This document shows, in pieces, positions 1-8,512 of a stretch of 41,238 nucleotides of DNA. The notes beneath the pieces are model-generated. The model ran no database searches. It was not told the DNA's origin and worked only from the letters and a program-made list of their open reading frames with translations. The position numbers were made by a program, and so were the translations under genes. This DNA is from Polyangiales bacterium (GTDB lineage: Bacteria > Myxococcota_A > Polyangia > Polyangiales > Polyangiaceae), in contig JBBRLQ010000049.1 in assembly GCA_038231275.1 (NCBI GenBank), positions 1-41,238 of the forward strand. The letters run 5' to 3'. The stretch's first letter is position 1. Every line of letters begins with the position of its first letter.

Positions 1-1720
1 CCCGAATTTTCCACGCGCTACCCGGGCCCCCCCCGCCCCCGGGCGCGGGGCCCCCTTGGGGGTGGGGGGGGGGGTGGGGGGTGGGGGGGGGGGGGGGGTG
101 GGGGGTGGCGTTGGAGTTCTGCGACGGGGCCGGCATCGTCCGCACGACGGGCGCGGGCGAGGTCGTCATGTGGAGGACGGGCCCCATCTTCTCGAGCGGG
201 AGGTGCTCTTTGGTGACCATGTCGCCGCTGCACAAAAGTACGGCGCGCTCCATCGTGTTGCGGAGCTCGCGGATGTTGCCGGGCCACGCGTACTGCTTCA
301 GCGCTTCCATCGCGTCGCGCGAGATGCGCACCAGCGAACGCCCGCTCGTTCGGCACGCGTGATCGGCGAAGGTCATCGCGAGCGGCTCGATCTCGTCGAG
401 GCGCTCGCGCAGCGGCGGCAAGGAGAGCGAGATGCCATTGAGGCGGAAAAAGAGATCCTGGCGAAATCGTCCCGCGACGATCTCGGCCTCGAGGTTGCGG
501 TTCGTCGCCGCGATGAAGCGCACGTCGATGGGACGAGGGCGCACCGCGCCGACGCGCGTGACCTCACGCTGCTCCAGGACGCGGAGGAGCTTTGCCTGGA
601 GGCCGAGCGGCATCTCTCCCGCCTCGTCCAGGAAGACCGTGCCACCGTTGCCCGACTCGAGCAGGCCCTGCTTCGCCGCGAGCGCGCCGGTGAACGCCCC
701 CTTCTCGTGCCCGAAAAGCTCGCTCTCGAGGAGCGACTCGCTCAGGGCCGCGCAGTTGATCGAGACGAGCTGCATCTTCCCGCGCGGGGAGAGCTCGTGG
801 ATGCGGCGCGCGAGCACCTCCTTGCCGACGCCGGTCTCGCCGAGGACGAGCACGTTGATGACGCCGGCCGCGACGCGCTGGATGACGCGCTCCATGCGCT
901 CGATCGCGCCGACCGCGAGGATCTCTTTGGACGGACGATCGATCGACGGGTCGCGCTTCTCGAGCGCGCGGCTCAGGCGCTCGATCAACGCCTCGGGCGT
1001 CCGCCCGTCCCGCGGGAACGCGGCCATCGCGATTTGGAACGCGGCCCCGTCCTCGTGCAAGCGCTTCGAGAGCGCCTCGGCGCGCGCATCCGCTTCGATC
1101 GGCGTGCTTCCGATGAGGAGGACCTCGTACTCGTGGGGCGCGTACTTGGCGACGACGTCGGTGTCGCGGAGCCATGCGCCGACGAGATCGGCGGCGCCGT
1201 GGCCCTGCCGCGTCGCGTGGTTGCCGTCCGCGATCGGCGGGAGTCGAATTCGCGCCACCCCGAAAGGAGCGGCGCCGCCGAGCGCGCGCGTGCACTCCTC
1301 TTCGAGGCGCGCCTCGAAATACCCATGGCTCCACACGTGACGCGGTCGCGCGGCGTGCGTGGTGCGCTGGACGATGAGCACCGTCCCACCGATCGTGATC
1401 GAGTCCCCGATCCCGATCGGCACCGAGCGGTTGGCGGGGATTTTCTCGTCGTGGACGATCGTGCCGTTGCGGCTCCCGAGATCGGAGATGTGGAGCTCTT
1501 CCCCCGACGCGAGCATCGCGTGGCGGCGCGACAGCTTGGGATCGTCGATCTGGACGTTGCACTCCGTGGCGCGTCCGATGACGAGGGAGCCCTTCTCTGG
1601 CACGGCGTAGGTCGATGTACCCGTCGGGCCCATGACGAGCAGCGTGAGTCCGCGCGCGCTGGCTTCTGGGGACAGCCGCGCGACCATGGTCTCTTCTTCG
1701 TTGAGGGGCTCTTCGGCCAT
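1..1720 (-). CDS. Sigma54-dependent enhancer-binding protein with FHA, degenerate GGDEF and AAA+ domains (3' end runs off the window)
   Basis: Manual translation from ATG 1720 (absent from the ORF track because there is no in-window stop). FHA motifs IGR...SRRH...SRNGT; Walker [36 protein letters not shown]; Walker [13 protein letters not shown]. Confidence 0.93.
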   Translation of the reverse strand, partial: MAEEPLNEEETMVARLSPEASARGLTLLVMGPTGTSTYAVPEKGSLVIGRATECNVQIDDPKLSRRHAMLASGEELHISDLGSRNGTIVHDEKIPANRSVPIGIGDSITIGGTVLIVQRTTHAARPRHVWSHGYFEARLEEECTRALGGAAPFGVARIRLPPIADGNHATRQGHGAADLVGAWLRDTDVVAKYAPHEYEVLLIGSTPIEADARAEALSKRLHEDGAAFQIAMAAFPRDGRTPEALIERLSRALEKRDPSIDRPSKEILAVGAIERMERVIQRVAAGVINVLVLGETGVGKEVLARRIHELSPRGKMQLVSINCAALSESLLESELFGHEKGAFTGALAAKQGLLESGNGGTVFLDEAGEMPLGLQAKLLRVLEQREVTRVGAVRPRPIDVRFIAATNRNLEAEIVAGRFRQDLFFRLNGISLSLPPLRERLDEIEPLAMTFADHACRTSGRSLVRISRDAMEALKQYAWPGNIRELRNTMERAVLLCSGDMVTKEHLPLEKMGPVLHMTTSPAPVVRTMPAPSQNSNATPHPPPPPTPHPPPHPQGGPAPGGGGGPGSAWKIR

Positions 1721-1783
1721 GAATGCCCGAGGATCGTAGATGGTCTCGCCCGCCCGAAGCAAGGCGCCCCTACGCTTCCAGGC

Positions 1784-2374
1784 TCAGCGCGTGCGATCGG
1801 CGGGGGTGTCCCAATCGACGAGGAGCGTTTCCTCGGAGGCGTCGAGGCGGAGCGGCACGCAATGGAGGGCGTCGAGCAAGCCCTGGAGGGAACGCGGCGC
1901 GCCGGGGCTCGCCTCCGAAGCCCGCGTCGCGGCGATTTCGTAGGCCGCGTCCACGTCGTAACGCGCGAACATCGCCTCCCAGCGCCCGTCGGCGACCGTG
2001 CGAGGGGCGACGGCGATCGCGTCGGGCGCCGCGAGGAGGCGCCCGATCAGCCCGACAGAAACGCGCGGCATGTCGCAGCCCACCGTGATCGCGTGACGGT
2101 AGCGGCCACGCGCGTAGCCGAGAAGCGCGACGACGCCTCCGAGCGGGCCGATGCCGGCGGGCGCGTCTCGGAGGGCTTCGAGCGGGACGTCGGCGTACTC
2201 GTCGCGACGGCCTACGAGGACGCAAGGAATGCGCAGCGCCTCGAACGATGCGCGCCATCGATCGACGATGTGGGGGCCGTCGGGGCTCGACAAGAGACCC
2301 TTCGCGACGCCGCCCATCCGCGTCGACTCACCGCCGACGAAGATCCCCGCGACGACCTCCGCCCGATCGGCCAC
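1784..2374 (-). CDS. mobA: Molybdenum cofactor guanylyltransferase (MobA-like NTP transferase)
   Basis: Motifs GIFVGGESTRMGGVAKGLL, GIGPLGG, VGCDMP and DWDTPAD. GTG start at 2374 follows AAGGGG. Confidence 0.8.
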   Translation of the reverse strand: MADRAEVVAGIFVGGESTRMGGVAKGLLSSPDGPHIVDRWRASFEALRIPCVLVGRRDEYADVPLEALRDAPAGIGPLGGVVALLGYARGRYRHAITVGCDMPRVSVGLIGRLLAAPDAIAVAPRTVADGRWEAMFARYDVDAAYEIAATRASEASPGAPRSLQGLLDALHCVPLRLDASEETLLVDWDTPADRTR

Positions 2375-2382
2375 GACCCCTT

Positions 2383-3567
2383 CTACTTGACCTCGAAGGT
2401 CAGCGTCGCGCCGTTCTGCATCGAGATGTAGGCGACGAGCCGGCGCCACGTGCCGTTTCCGCTCGTCTCGTCGACGGAGATGAGGTCGCTCACGATCTTC
2501 CGGAGCTCGCGCGAGGCCTCGACGGCGCGAAACTTCATCTCGGCATCCATGGCGACGACCTCCAGCGAGAAGGTCTTCGGCTCGGTGCGTCGCACGTTGA
2601 GGATGAGGACCGCCTGGGTGATTCGTCCGGTCAAAATCGAAGAGATGTCGGCAAATACGGCCTGCGCGACGGGCATGAAGTTCGCACGCGAGGGCTCGCG
2701 CGGTGGGGCGACCGCAGGGCTCGGGCGAGACGTAGGCGGAGATTCGATGAGCGTCCGCGGCGCGGCGGTCTCGATGGTCGGCCTCGACGGGCGGCCCGAC
2801 GGCGGCGGCGGCGATGGCAACGGCGACGGCTTGGCGGAGAGCTTCGGTGCCTCCGAGCGAATCACGCGCTGCGACGTCGGAGGCGTCGACTCCGACAGCG
2901 CGGCCGCCATCGTCCCCGAAGCGGTGCGGCGCTGCTGCAGGACGGACTCGATGCGCGGCGCGCTCCCGTCCTCACGCGGCACCACCACTGGACGGGCCGC
3001 GGGGATGGAGTTGCTCGAGGGCATGAACGACGGCGCGGTCGAGACGCGCATTCCGAACGACGGCGTCATCCGTCGCACAAGCTTGCCGCTCGGGACGCGG
3101 TTCGCCACCGCGGTGAGGCCCCCGCTCTCGAAGAGCGCGTAATAGATGGTGCGCGTGCCGCGCTCGATCCGGAAGACGCCGTCCGCGCGCGAGGCGTTGA
3201 GCACGATCCGGACGAGGCGCTCGGCCACCGTGCGATCGTCGAGGCGGATCTCGTCGTCCTTCAGCTGCACGAGGCCGAGCTCGTCGAAAAGCGACTTCGC
3301 CACCTCCACCTTGCGCGTCCGCTTCACGTACCCCGGCCGCTGCGCCCACCCCCACGAGAACACGCTGTCCGCCCCGAGCGTCGCGACCTCCTCGATGGCG
3401 GCGTTGTAGATGACCTCGTCCCCCTTGCGGTACGTGAGCCGGCCGTTCCGATCGTCCAGCGAGACGTCGTCGTAAGGCGCGATCCGCGCACGATGCTTCT
3501 CGAGAGTCCGCTGGATCTCGCTGTCGATGCTCTCGGCGAGCCGGAGGATCTTGTCGTCGAGCTTCAT
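2383..3567 (-). CDS. Hypothetical two-domain protein (DUF6882-like N-terminus, Pro/Ser linker, small C-terminal domain)
   Basis: Long ORF with GC-biased codons; FSWGWA motif; start placed at ATG of MKLDDK. Confidence 0.65.
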   Translation of the reverse strand: MKLDDKILRLAESIDSEIQRTLEKHRARIAPYDDVSLDDRNGRLTYRKGDEVIYNAAIEEVATLGADSVFSWGWAQRPGYVKRTRKVEVAKSLFDELGLVQLKDDEIRLDDRTVAERLVRIVLNASRADGVFRIERGTRTIYYALFESGGLTAVANRVPSGKLVRRMTPSFGMRVSTAPSFMPSSNSIPAARPVVVPREDGSAPRIESVLQQRRTASGTMAAALSESTPPTSQRVIRSEAPKLSAKPSPLPSPPPPSGRPSRPTIETAAPRTLIESPPTSRPSPAVAPPREPSRANFMPVAQAVFADISSILTGRITQAVLILNVRRTEPKTFSLEVVAMDAEMKFRAVEASRELRKIVSDLISVDETSGNGTWRRLVAYISMQNGATLTFEVK

Positions 3568-4098
3568 GGCGGTGGTGCTGTGACTCCTCGGTGGCTCGGA
3601 CACACGATCTACGTCCCGCGGAATGCGCGCCGTAAGATTGCCGATCGTCACCTGGCGGGAGGAGTCGAAAGCCATCGAGATCTCCTGGTGGCAATTTTCT
3701 GCCCGCCGGTCTCAGCAATCGTAAGGGAGCGTGGCAATACTCCACAACCCCGACGGGCCGAGTGTTGACGAAGAACATTTCGACGCGCGTTTCGGAAGCC
3801 CGGATGGTCATTGCAGCGACCGCCGGCGCAAAGCCCCGCATGCCGTACGCGCCGACGACGAGCTCGGGGTCGCCGTCACCCAACGAAATGCGAGCAAAGT
3901 TGTATTACCAATTTGTATGACAACTATCCGCCGGCGCCACGGGCCGCGGGGCAGCGAGCGCGGAGGCGCGCACATTGACCTTCATCGCGCGGGGGCTCGT
4001 TCCCACCCCTCTCGAAATGATTCATGAAAAATGTCTCAATGTCCGTCTCTGTAGGAATTTTCTAGCGTCACCACCGCAAGAGTGACAAGTGGAGGCGG

Positions 4099-4371
4099 AT
4101 GAGAACCTTCGCTCTTCTCCCCCTTCTCTGCATTCTTGGCGTCGGCTGCGCCTCGGCCCCTCCGCCGAAGCCGGTCGAGACGACCTCCGCACCCGTCCCA
4201 TCGCGCGAAGCGTTCACCCCGCCCGACCAGTGGGAGATGCAGATCGCCGACAAGCCCGCCGACGACACGAGCAAGGCCGCGCCCGCGGGCCGCATCCAGG
4301 CGGACACCACCGCCGGCAAGCGTCAGAGCGGCGGACTCGTGAACATGCCGGGCAAGCCCGCGCCGAAGTGA
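4099..4371 (+). CDS. Small lipoprotein
   Basis: GGAGG RBS; signal peptide MRTFALLPLLCILGVG-C with lipobox. Confidence 0.75.
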   Translation: MRTFALLPLLCILGVGCASAPPPKPVETTSAPVPSREAFTPPDQWEMQIADKPADDTSKAAPAGRIQADTTAGKRQSGGLVNMPGKPAPK

Positions 4372-4378
4372 CCTGACG

Positions 4379-5350
4379 TCAGCCGCGTCCGTGCGGCTGC
4401 GTGAAGTCGAGGAGAGGACCGACGGGGACGATGCCCGTCGGATTGATCGCGACGTGGCTTTCGTAATAGTGCCGCTTGATGTGCGCGAAATCGACCGTGC
4501 CGGCGACGCCAGGCACTTGGTACACGTCGCGCACGAAGCCGGTGAGGCTCGGGTAGTCGGCGACGCGGCGCACGTTGCACTTGAAGTGGCCGTGGTAGAC
4601 GGCGTCGAAGCGGATGAGCGTCGTGAAGAGACGCACGTCGGCTTCGGTGAGGCGATCACCGCATAGGTAGCGCTGCTTCGCGAGGATGCCCTCGAGCCAG
4701 TCGAGCGACTCGAAGAGCGGCGTGACCGCGCGCTCGTAGGCCTCCTGCGTGGTGGCGAAGCCCGCGCGGTAGACGCCGTTGTTCACGGTGGAGTAGACGC
4801 GCGCGTTGACCGCGTCGATCTCGGCGCGCAGCGTCTCCGGGTAGTAGTCGCCGTCGCGCGCGCCGAGGTGGTCCCACACCGAGCCCATCATGCGGATGAT
4901 CTCGGCCGACTCGTTGCTCACGATCGACGACGTCTTCTTGTCCCAAAGGATCGGCACGGTGACGTGCCCCGAGTACTTCGGATCGTTCGCGAGGTAGACC
5001 TCGTAGAGCGCGCGCGCGCCGTTCACGGTGTCGGGGACGACGCCAGGCCCGTCGTCGAACGTCCAGCCTCTCTCGCGCATGCGCCAGTGGACGACCGAGA
5101 TGCCGATCATGCCGGCGAGGCCCTTCAGCTCACGGAAGATCAGCGTGCGGTGCGCCCACGGGCACGCGCGCGCGACATACAGGTGGTAGCGACCGACCTC
5201 GGCCGCGTGGCCGCCTTCGCCGGTGGGGCCTGCGCTCCCATCCGCGGTGACCCAGCTGCGGTACTGCGCGTCGTTGCGCACATAGTGGCCGCCGGTCGCG
5301 GCGGTGTCGTACCCGTGGTCGTGCCAAACACCGTCCTTGAGGACTCCCAT
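4379..5350 (-). CDS. Glutathionyl-hydroquinone reductase (YqjG/Xi-class GST)
   Basis: MGVLKDGVW; RYHLYVARACPWAHR; VTVPILWD; SNESAEI; VNNGVYRAGFA; INPTGIVP. True start is the ATG at 5350. Confidence 0.93.
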   Translation of the reverse strand: MGVLKDGVWHDHGYDTAATGGHYVRNDAQYRSWVTADGSAGPTGEGGHAAEVGRYHLYVARACPWAHRTLIFRELKGLAGMIGISVVHWRMRERGWTFDDGPGVVPDTVNGARALYEVYLANDPKYSGHVTVPILWDKKTSSIVSNESAEIIRMMGSVWDHLGARDGDYYPETLRAEIDAVNARVYSTVNNGVYRAGFATTQEAYERAVTPLFESLDWLEGILAKQRYLCGDRLTEADVRLFTTLIRFDAVYHGHFKCNVRRVADYPSLTGFVRDVYQVPGVAGTVDFAHIKRHYYESHVAINPTGIVPVGPLLDFTQPHGRG

Positions 5351-5373
5351 GATGCGGTGCAAGGTAGCCTGGC

Positions 5374-6378
5374 TTGGCGCCCCCCTCCACGCTTCCCCGC
5401 ACTCGCCTCCCTTGGATCGCGCTCGCGCTCGGCGTGTTCGTGCTCGGCGCCGGTGCGGCGCGCTATGCGTGCTCGGGAACTGAGCGTCAGCTCGACACCG
5501 TAGGCCCGCCCGAACCGAAGGCGCCGATCGTGGCGTGGTGCGCGGAAGGCCTCGAGCCCGTGCCCGGCGGAGGTTGCTTTGCGCCTGCGCGTTCGGGCAC
5601 ACCGCGACCGGCGCCGCTGCTCGTCTACCTGCATGGACGCTTCGAGCACGCCGCACCGAAGGAAGAGCTCGACCGTCAGAAGCGCGTCGCGGAGCGCGCA
5701 ACGGCCCGTGGAGTCTCCGTTCTCGCGCTTCGAGGAAAAGAAGGGCAGTGCCTGCAGCCGGAGCTCGCGAGCTGGGTGTGCTGGCCGGCGAGCGAGCGGA
5801 GCGTCGACGCAGGGCCGTCCTTCGTCGCGTCGTGGTCGCCTTCCCTGGCGGAGGCAGAGGCGCGGACCGGCAAAGGGAAGCGCTACGTCCTCGGCTTCTC
5901 GAGCGGCGGCTTTTTCGCGGTGATCGTGGCGACGCGCGCCCTCCTCGACGCCGACGCGTTCGCGATCGCCGGCGCGGGACCGATCGAGCCGACGCACGCC
6001 CTAGGCGCGAAACCGCCGATGCTCCTCTTGTCGTCCGACGACGATCCGTCACAGCCCGGGATGTTCCAGCTGAAGGACGAGCTCACGCGCGAGGGCTGGC
6101 CGCACGACACGATTTCGCGCGACGGCGTGCACGAGCTCATGACGCCCGACATCGACGCGGCGCTCACCTTCTTCGTGCGCGCGGCGACCGAGAAGCTGCC
6201 GCTCCATCCGCCGCTCTCTACGCACGTGCCGCGCCCCCACGACCCGAGCGCGCACGACGCGAGCATGCACGACCCGAGCATGCTCGACGCGAGCACGCAC
6301 GACGCGAGCATGCACGACGCCGGCATGCACCACGCCGCGCCGTTCGAAGCCGACGCGGAGACGACGAACCCTTACTGA
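5374..6378 (+). CDS. Exported alpha/beta-hydrolase (esterase-like) with His/Met-rich C-terminal repeats
   Basis: N-terminal hydrophobic segment; VYLHG; nucleophile GFSSGG; candidate Asp (SSDDD) and His (GVHEL). Start uncertain. Confidence 0.75.
   Translation: MAPPSTLPRTRLPWIALALGVFVLGAGAARYACSGTERQLDTVGPPEPKAPIVAWCAEGLEPVPGGGCFAPARSGTPRPAPLLVYLHGRFEHAAPKEELDRQKRVAERATARGVSVLALRGKEGQCLQPELASWVCWPASERSVDAGPSFVASWSPSLAEAEARTGKGKRYVLGFSSGGFFAVIVATRALLDADAFAIAGAGPIEPTHALGAKPPMLLLSSDDDPSQPGMFQLKDELTREGWPHDTISRDGVHELMTPDIDAALTFFVRAATEKLPLHPPLSTHVPRPHDPSAHDASMHDPSMLDASTHDASMHDAGMHHAAPFEADAETTNPY
6238..6330 (+). repeat. 15-bp coding tandem repeat, about 6 copies (HDPSA/HDASM/HDPSM/LDAST/HDASM/HDAGM)
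   Basis: cacgac(c/g)cgagc(atg/gcg/acg) units seen directly. Confidence 0.9.
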
Positions 6379-7388
6379 GCCGGTCGAAGGCTCTCGAACG
6401 TGCGGCGCAGCGCCTCGTCGGTCGGCACGATCGGCGACCAGCCGATCGACTTGATCTTCGCGTTCTCGAAGCGGTTGCCCTTCCACGCCGTCTTCGTCTT
6501 GTACGGCGTGAAGACGGCGGGGAGCTGGCCGCGCGAGAACGTGTGGTACTTCGCCACCGCGTGCGAGAGCGCCGTCAGCGCAGGGTACGGCACGCGCACC
6601 GAGCGAACGGGCTTCACGTCGCGCTTGTACCGAGACAGGTACGCGGCGGCGCTCAGGAGATCGTCGTCCACGACGTTGTAGACCTCACCGACCGCGCGCG
6701 GTGACTGGCCCGCGACGACGATCGCGTCCGCGCAGTTCTCCACGAACGTGAGCGGCAGCGCGTTGTCGCCGCCGAGGTGAAGGAACACGCCGAAGAGGTT
6801 CAGGCCAACGCGCGTCGACATCGCCGGGCCATTGGGGCCGTAGATGACGCCGGGGCGCAGGACGACGACGGGGACGTTCCGCTTCTCCGCGTACTCCCAG
6901 ACCAGCTGCTCTTGCTTCAGCTTGCTCTGCGCGTACGGATCGCGCAGCTCGGGGTAAGCCTCGAGCGGGGTGCGCTCGTCGACGAGGGTTCCGCGCGGCG
7001 CGTCGGCGACGCCGTACACCGCGAAGGAGCTGCAGAGCACGATCTTGGGCGGCTTGGGTCGCGCCGCGGCGGCCTCGAGGAGGTTCCGCGCGGTGACCAC
7101 GGTGCCGAGGAACATGTCGGCCGCCGCGCCGCTCATCGCCGCGGCGAGGTGGTAAATCGTGTCGCATCCTTCGATGACGCGCGCCGCTTCTTCACGCGTG
7201 GCGAGGCTGCCGGCGCGGACCTCGACCTTCGCCCCCTTGGCGGCGTCGCTCTTCAGGACGGCGTCGAGGCGCGCGCGCTTGCTGCCCGAACGGAGCAGGA
7301 GCACCAGATCGCGCTCGCCGCGCGCGAGGAGGCGCTCGACGACGGAGACGCCCAAGAACCCGTTGCAGCCGGTGACGAGGACGCTCAT
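6372..7388 (-). CDS. NAD-dependent epimerase/dehydratase (extended SDR)
   Basis: TGCNGFLG Rossmann motif; HLAA; SSFAVYG; YAQSK (YxxxK); RPGVIYGP. Confidence 0.92.
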   Translation of the reverse strand: MSVLVTGCNGFLGVSVVERLLARGERDLVLLLRSGSKRARLDAVLKSDAAKGAKVEVRAGSLATREEAARVIEGCDTIYHLAAAMSGAAADMFLGTVVTARNLLEAAAARPKPPKIVLCSSFAVYGVADAPRGTLVDERTPLEAYPELRDPYAQSKLKQEQLVWEYAEKRNVPVVVLRPGVIYGPNGPAMSTRVGLNLFGVFLHLGGDNALPLTFVENCADAIVVAGQSPRAVGEVYNVVDDDLLSAAAYLSRYKRDVKPVRSVRVPYPALTALSHAVAKYHTFSRGQLPAVFTPYKTKTAWKGNRFENAKIKSIGWSPIVPTDEALRRTFESLRPAQ

Positions 7389-8482
7389 CGCACGACCTCC
7401 TTGGCAGGGACAGCGCTCGTCTGCGCGAAGATGTCATCCATCCACTTCGACACCCGCAAGATCTCCGCGTACGGAATCGGCGGCGCGCTGCCGGCGTGGA
7501 TCGCCTCGTAATAGCGGCGGAACAAGTAGTTGAGGCCCGAGAAGAAGTGGAACTCGCTCTTCGCGAATTTGCGCGCGTTGCGCGTGCCCGCCTGCGCGTA
7601 CTGGCGGGCCATCTCGAACGCCGGGATGAGGCGCCCGATCGCGCTCGGCAACTTCGCCGGCGCCTCCAGCGTCACGGTGCGCGCCGCAAAATCCGCGTGC
7701 ACGACGTTCTTGGTCCCGAAGACGCGCACGTAGTGCGGCGGCGGACGGACGTGCGACGAGAACGTGCAGTACGAGGTGACGCTCTTGCCCTGGATCATCA
7801 CGCGGAGCTCGTCGGCCATCTGATCGCGCGCGTCGCCGAAGCGCTGCGGGCGGCGCACCGAGCCGCTCGCGATCACCTTCGCGTCGTCGTCGCCGATGAA
7901 CTCGACCACCTTGTTCAGGAGGTGATCGATGTTGTTGTGGAACAGCTTGCCCGGGAGCCGATGCACCCAATGCGCCGGATCGCCGAGGATCGCCGCGCCG
8001 AACGGGCCGGCGAGGTTGTAGCCGAAGAACGACTCGACGTGGACGACGTCCCCGATTTCGCCGCTGCGAATCAGATCGCGCATCTCGAGCGCCGGCGGGT
8101 CGAAGAGGTACGTGTAGCCGATCGTGAGGACCTTCTTCGCCTCCTGCACCTTGGCGACGAGCTTCTTCGAGTCCTCGAAATTCATCGTGAGCGGCTTCTC
8201 GACGTACACGTGCGCGCCCGCCTCGAGCGAGCGCATCGCAAGCGCGAGGTGCGAGCCGGGCGGCGTCGTGATGTGCACGACGTCGGGCTTCTTCTCGGCG
8301 AGGAGGCGATCAAAATCGGTCGTGAAGTAGTCGAGCCGGTACCGCATCGCGATCTGCTCGGCCATGATCGGCTCGATGTCGCATACGCCCACGACCTGGG
8401 CGAGCTCCGGCATCTTCTGGATCTCTTCGATGTGTCCGTCGGCGATTTTTCCGCACCCGACGATGGCAACGCGCAAGGACAT
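7385..8482 (-). CDS. Gfo/Idh/MocA family oxidoreductase
   Basis: VAIVGCGKIA; ITTPPGSH; HVYVEKP. Its stop overlaps the epimerase start (ATGA). Confidence 0.92.
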   Translation of the reverse strand: MSLRVAIVGCGKIADGHIEEIQKMPELAQVVGVCDIEPIMAEQIAMRYRLDYFTTDFDRLLAEKKPDVVHITTPPGSHLALAMRSLEAGAHVYVEKPLTMNFEDSKKLVAKVQEAKKVLTIGYTYLFDPPALEMRDLIRSGEIGDVVHVESFFGYNLAGPFGAAILGDPAHWVHRLPGKLFHNNIDHLLNKVVEFIGDDDAKVIASGSVRRPQRFGDARDQMADELRVMIQGKSVTSYCTFSSHVRPPPHYVRVFGTKNVVHADFAARTVTLEAPAKLPSAIGRLIPAFEMARQYAQAGTRNARKFAKSEFHFFSGLNYLFRRYYEAIHAGSAPPIPYAEILRVSKWMDDIFAQTSAVPAKEVVR

Positions 8483-8512
8483 GGTCACTCCCGGACAGGG
8501 GACTATATACGG

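Noticed and set aside
1..110. Poly-G/poly-C tracts (possible G-quadruplex or poly-Pro linker)
   Set aside because: They lie at the window edge, and the activator's expected Fis-type HTH region is unrecognisable here. A low-quality read end or assembly artefact is more likely.
56..2431. 791-aa plus-strand ORF and many similar long Arg/Ala-rich ORFs (for example 27086-28975, 30055-31647, 21709-23934)
   Set aside because: Antisense or off-frame shadows of real high-GC genes, with no recognisable motifs.
3689..3703. TGGCAATTTTCTGC as a sigma54 promoter; similar near-matches upstream of 19822 and 29122
   Set aside because: GG-to-GC spacing is 9 or 11 nt rather than the strict 10.
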